Positions 24,750 through 27,478 of a DNA stretch of 27,478 bases are shown here, one piece after another. Origin of the DNA: a virus. Lineage: Duplodnaviria > Caudoviricetes. The translations under genes were made by a program, and so were the position numbers. The stretch is from the IMG/VR virus record IMGVR_UViG_3300046321_000151, positions 1-27,478 of that record; one strand, written 5' to 3'. Numbering within the stretch: position 1 is the first letter of the stretch; each line of letters begins with the position of its first letter. The notes under the pieces were generated by a model. It saw only the letters and a list, made by a program, of their open reading frames with translations, ran no database searches and was not told the DNA's origin.

Positions 24750-25028
24750 CTAGACCCCTAACCATTTTGCACAAACCCCTACGGGTTCGTGTTGAAACCC
24801 GTAGCAGTGCCCGCCGTCAGTGAACTCCTGAAGGTTGGCGTAGCCGCAGGTTCGGCAGTTGGACAAGCACTTGGGTTCTGGCGCTGCCGCCTTGCGGCCC
24901 TTGATAACCAGTATCAGCACATCCCGCAGGGCAGCATCTCGGTCGGACCGGGGTTCAAAATAGCCCCCATCCAGCTTAGTGACGGCATACTCAAGCATCT
25001 CGATAACCTCGTCATGATGGTCAGTCAT
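24750..25028 (-). CDS. hypothetical protein with Cys-rich C-terminus
   Basis: MTDHH start after AAGGTG; CLSNCRTC...HCY...VCAKW. Confidence 0.7.
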   Translation of the reverse strand: MTDHHDEVIEMLEYAVTKLDGGYFEPRSDRDAALRDVLILVIKGRKAAAPEPKCLSNCRTCGYANLQEFTDGGHCYGFQHEPVGVCAKWLGV

Positions 25029-25282
25029 AAAATCACCTTCACAATTTTCACGGTACCGCCAGTGGGTAGCGCTGCTTGGCCGGCCAAGGCGGCTTCTTGC
25101 TTGGTCGGAAACAGGGGCCAAGGGCAGCGGGCTCGGTCGTAGGTCGCCCCTGCTGGGGCGCTGACCACCATCCACTGAGTGCCGCTGTCCCAGCGGTAGA
25201 AGGCCAGCCAACCCTCGGGTTTAGGAGGTGGCACGAGGATTTCGGTTACTGGCTGTGGGTCTAGTTCTTGAACTTCGATCAT
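25025..25282 (-). CDS. hypothetical protein
   Basis: GAGGTG SD; ATGA coupling. Confidence 0.7.
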   Translation of the reverse strand: MIEVQELDPQPVTEILVPPPKPEGWLAFYRWDSGTQWMVVSAPAGATYDRARCPWPLFPTKQEAALAGQAALPTGGTVKIVKVIL

Positions 25283-25563
25283 TTCAACACCTCAGCAGCT
25301 TTCAGTTGGTGTGTCTCACCGTCGAATGTGAGTTTGATATTGGGCTTGCTAATGTAATTTATCTGCACTGAGCCGTTCATTGCTAAGCCGTATGTGTGGT
25401 AGTCTGGCTTGGGTTCTGGTTTGAAGCGGTACTGGATTGCCTCATTCCATGCAGGAGGGTCTACGCAGTTATCCCAGTCATACGCAGATGTGTATCTGTA
25501 CTGCACAACCCTACTTGTATCAAGTGCCCACTCTCGGATTAAATCTGCATGTTTGTGTTTCAT
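25279..25563 (-). CDS. conserved hypothetical phage protein (KHADLI.EWA...W....YR.KP type)
   Basis: MKHKHADLI start; familiar phage early-protein pattern. Confidence 0.75.
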   Translation of the reverse strand: MKHKHADLIREWALDTSRVVQYRYTSAYDWDNCVDPPAWNEAIQYRFKPEPKPDYHTYGLAMNGSVQINYISKPNIKLTFDGETHQLKAAEVLK

Positions 25564-25564
25564 A

Positions 25565-25822
25565 TTAGTGCCTTGTAGTCGTTTGTGCCTTGAAAAGGTG
25601 CTCGTCAATACTGACGACTTTTGGGTGGGGTCCAGACAGGTCAACGTAGTAGACAAAGTAGACAGGCCCTACTTGCTGACCTTGCCAGTAGTAATCTCGG
25701 CAATAGCCAAGGACTTCCGGGTCAATCATTATCTCGGGCCCGTCTTCAATCTCTATGTAAGTTGTGCCACCGGTGGTGTAGATTATGTTTGGTGTGTTCT
25801 TCTCGTATTTGGGCTTTTTCAC
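25565..25822 (-). CDS. hypothetical protein
   Basis: GTG start after AAGGA. Confidence 0.65.
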   Translation of the reverse strand: MKKPKYEKNTPNIIYTTGGTTYIEIEDGPEIMIDPEVLGYCRDYYWQGQQVGPVYFVYYVDLSGPHPKVVSIDEHLFKAQTTTRH

Positions 25823-25899
25823 TGGTGTTCCTTGTTAGCCTTGAGATACTTTTCGCAGAGGTAGTCGATGTAGGCCCAGAGGCGCTTAACCAATAACAC
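25819..25899 (-). CDS. micro-ORF (26 aa, not in ORF track)
   Basis: GAGGA-tatc-GTG; MLLVKRLWAYIDYLCEKYLKANKEHQ; GTGA overlap with the next gene; fills the gap exactly. Confidence 0.5.
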   Translation of the reverse strand: MLLVKRLWAYIDYLCEKYLKANKEHQ

Positions 25900-26263
25900 G
25901 ATATCCTCGACCTTGCATACACCGAGCCACAATACCCTTGCGGTCATCTGTACTTCCGCCTTTTAACAAGCCTGTTAGGGCTCCTGTCTGGGACAGTTCT
26001 CGGGTGTGTTCTTTAGAACTCATGGCAGCAGCGAACAGGCCGCCAAGTAGTGCGCCGCCGATTGCACCTGCCAAGGCGTTATCTGAGGCGGAGGCTACCT
26101 GCTTGGCAAGGTCGTTGCAGGCTGTCAGGTCTGGGGCTATCGCAGACTCAGGCCCGCTGAAGTCAATCACAGGGCGGATTGGGTACTTAGAGGTCACGAA
26201 GGTGTTAGGGCCGCTAGTGGCGCAGCCGGTGAGCAGGAGGGAGATTATGATTGCTGTTTTCAT
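25886..26263 (-). CDS. glycine-zipper lipoprotein
   Basis: Lipobox LTG-C at residue 14; GAIGGALLGG and GALTG..KGG; D...C and RCMQGRGY.V. Confidence 0.85.
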   Translation of the reverse strand: MKTAIIISLLLTGCATSGPNTFVTSKYPIRPVIDFSGPESAIAPDLTACNDLAKQVASASDNALAGAIGGALLGGLFAAAMSSKEHTRELSQTGALTGLLKGGSTDDRKGIVARCMQGRGYRVIG

Positions 26264-26463
26264 TTGTGGAAGTTCCTCTCTTTTACCATTGAATCAGCCA
26301 AGTTATAGGCCATTGTTGCGTATTCGCCCCAAGTTGCGTTCTTGGCATCGTTAGCCAAGAGGCCTTGCAGGGCGGCTGCGGCGAAGTAGTCACGCATGGT
26401 GAGTCCCGGATAGTAGGGCGACCCATGGCCGGAGTCGTGGTGGGGGAACGCTGGGTCGCTCAT
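26260..26463 (-). CDS. conserved phage protein (G.T.RDYFAA.ALQG family)
   Basis: PAFP, GLTMRDYFAAAALQGLLA and AY..AD.M..ER motifs. Confidence 0.85.
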   Translation of the reverse strand: MSDPAFPHHDSGHGSPYYPGLTMRDYFAAAALQGLLANDAKNATWGEYATMAYNLADSMVKERNFHK

Positions 26464-26759
26464 ACAGCCTCCAAGGCTTCAATGTATTTCGCTACTACTT
26501 CCAGCGGCACACGGGAGTAGGGGTCGCCGTCGCTGCCGTAGGGGTCCAGCAACTCGTGCCAAGGGCAGTTATACAGCTCAACTGAGCCGATGCCGCACCA
26601 GTGAATGTCGCTTTGCTGAATGGAGATTGTGATGCCATTCTCCGTCTTGAAGTGTTGCCGCACACCGATATAGTAGAACGGGCCGCTGGTTGAGTCTGCC
26701 CTGCGGAACCAGTTGTCAGAGTTAAGGTGGATGTCAAGTCGTTCTGCTGCTGCTGTCAT
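26460..26759 (-). CDS. conserved hypothetical phage protein
   Basis: G.TISIQ....H.C, VE and PY..VP.EVV pattern. Confidence 0.75.
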   Translation of the reverse strand: MTAAAERLDIHLNSDNWFRRADSTSGPFYYIGVRQHFKTENGITISIQQSDIHWCGIGSVELYNCPWHELLDPYGSDGDPYSRVPLEVVAKYIEALEAV

Positions 26760-27217
26760 TTCTTTGCTCCTACTGGCCAGCCTAGGGCCTTCAATTCGTT
26801 TACGGGACTCTGCACAACCAGCGCGTTAGTGCTCTTGGTGACTTCTGCCGGAGCGTACTTGACAAATTCCGGCAGACGCTCTTGAAGCTGCTTCAAGGTG
26901 GTGCAGGCCTGGATGGCCGCCGATACCTTGCTCATTGTGGCTTCACGCTGTATGCACTTGTCTCTGAAGGGTTTTGTCACAGCAGCAAAGTCTGCATCCC
27001 CGATGTAGTATTCACAGCAACTTCCACCTTGGAGAAAGTAATTGGAGTAGGTGTGCGAGGTTTTCAGGGCTCCAGGAGTCAACTTGTACAGCTTGCGGCA
27101 CAGAGGACTCATCGCCTTCTCTAGTGCGGCTTGAATGGCTGTACTGTCGTCAATTTCCGGTAAGTCACGCTTAATTGCGCTCAACATGGTGGATTTGTCG
27201 TATTTAGTCAATTTCAT
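26756..27217 (-). CDS. Nmad5-like (nucleotide modification associated domain 5) protein
   Basis: MKLTK..K..., DLP, and C-terminal CTTLKQLQERLPEF.KY.P. Confidence 0.7.
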   Translation of the reverse strand: MKLTKYDKSTMLSAIKRDLPEIDDSTAIQAALEKAMSPLCRKLYKLTPGALKTSHTYSNYFLQGGSCCEYYIGDADFAAVTKPFRDKCIQREATMSKVSAAIQACTTLKQLQERLPEFVKYAPAEVTKSTNALVVQSPVNELKALGWPVGAKK

Positions 27218-27428
27218 TTCTTTACTCCATAAAATTTCAATAGGATTGCCGAAGCGTCGCTTCGTGGGTACTGGTCCAACAAGTCAGCCGCATCTCGAAC
27301 AAGGGCTTTCACAAGGTTGTCCAAGTAGCGGTTGGGTATGTACATGTCGTCATATCTTTATCTGGGTCTGGCCCGTTTAGGGTTTGGCTTAGGACTTTTA
27401 GGTGCAGGTTGATAATGTGCTTGTTCAT
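27214..27428 (-). pseudogene. apparently frameshifted small gene (or two overlapping micro-ORFs, 27309-27428 and 27214-27345)
   Basis: One frame starts with ATGA coupling at 27428; the -1 frame ends with ATGA coupling at 27214. Confidence 0.5.
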
Positions 27429-27478
27429 AACTTCCCCACAGGTTTAGCCAGCAACCACTTGTCACCAAGCATCCTGAC
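27425..27478 (-). CDS. 3' end of a hypothetical protein (partial)
   Basis: ...VRMLGDKWLLAKPVGKL-stop, ATGA overlap with the next ORF. Confidence 0.65.
   Translation of the reverse strand, partial: VRMLGDKWLLAKPVGKL

Noticed and set aside
1946-27380. Many + strand ORFs of 60-255 aa in the track
   Set aside because: Antisense shadows of well-supported minus-strand genes; no motifs, SD or coupling
1-27478. tRNA genes, CRISPR arrays, integrase/att sites, reverse transcriptase or DGR repeats
   Set aside because: None seen; intergenic gaps are nearly all under 100 bp or are filled by small coupled ORFs
1-27478. Stop-codon reassignment
   Set aside because: All large genes are intact under code 11, and TAA, TAG and TGA all serve as stops at coupled junctions

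Overview
A 27.5 kb segment of a tailed dsDNA bacteriophage genome (about 55% GC by eye; a proteobacterial host is likely but not provable here). On the + strand, 1-1790 holds the end of a late gene and a lysis cassette: a 2-TM holin-like protein, a 1-TM membrane protein, a peptidase M15A endolysin and a 3-TM holin-family protein. The rest is one long minus-strand arm that converges on it. Its replication, recombination and nucleotide module comprises wHTH, SbcC/Rad50, SbcD/Mre11, a PD-(D/E)xK resolvase, a family-A DNA polymerase with a fused 5'-3' exonuclease, DUF6378, a MazG-like pyrophosphohydrolase, an ExoX-like exonuclease, a putative SSB, an HNH endonuclease, an AEP primase-helicase, an SNF2-type helicase, a short C5-methyltransferase, an ATP-dependent ligase and ThyX. 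About 30 small, translationally coupled early genes are also on this arm, several missed by the ORF track. I saw no tRNA, CRISPR array or integrase. The most striking signals not explained by the gene list are: (i) sharp AT-rich, rare-codon patches that sit on the conserved catalytic motifs of several core enzymes; (ii) depletion of CCWGG with a large excess of CCAAG/CTTGG, plus GATC avoidance; (iii) a PolA with two large insertions, one at the position of the T7 thioredoxin-binding domain; (iv) a covarying leader hairpin shared by two separately terminated genes; (v) a ~40-aa module shared by two adjacent early proteins. All counts and GC values are manual estimates.
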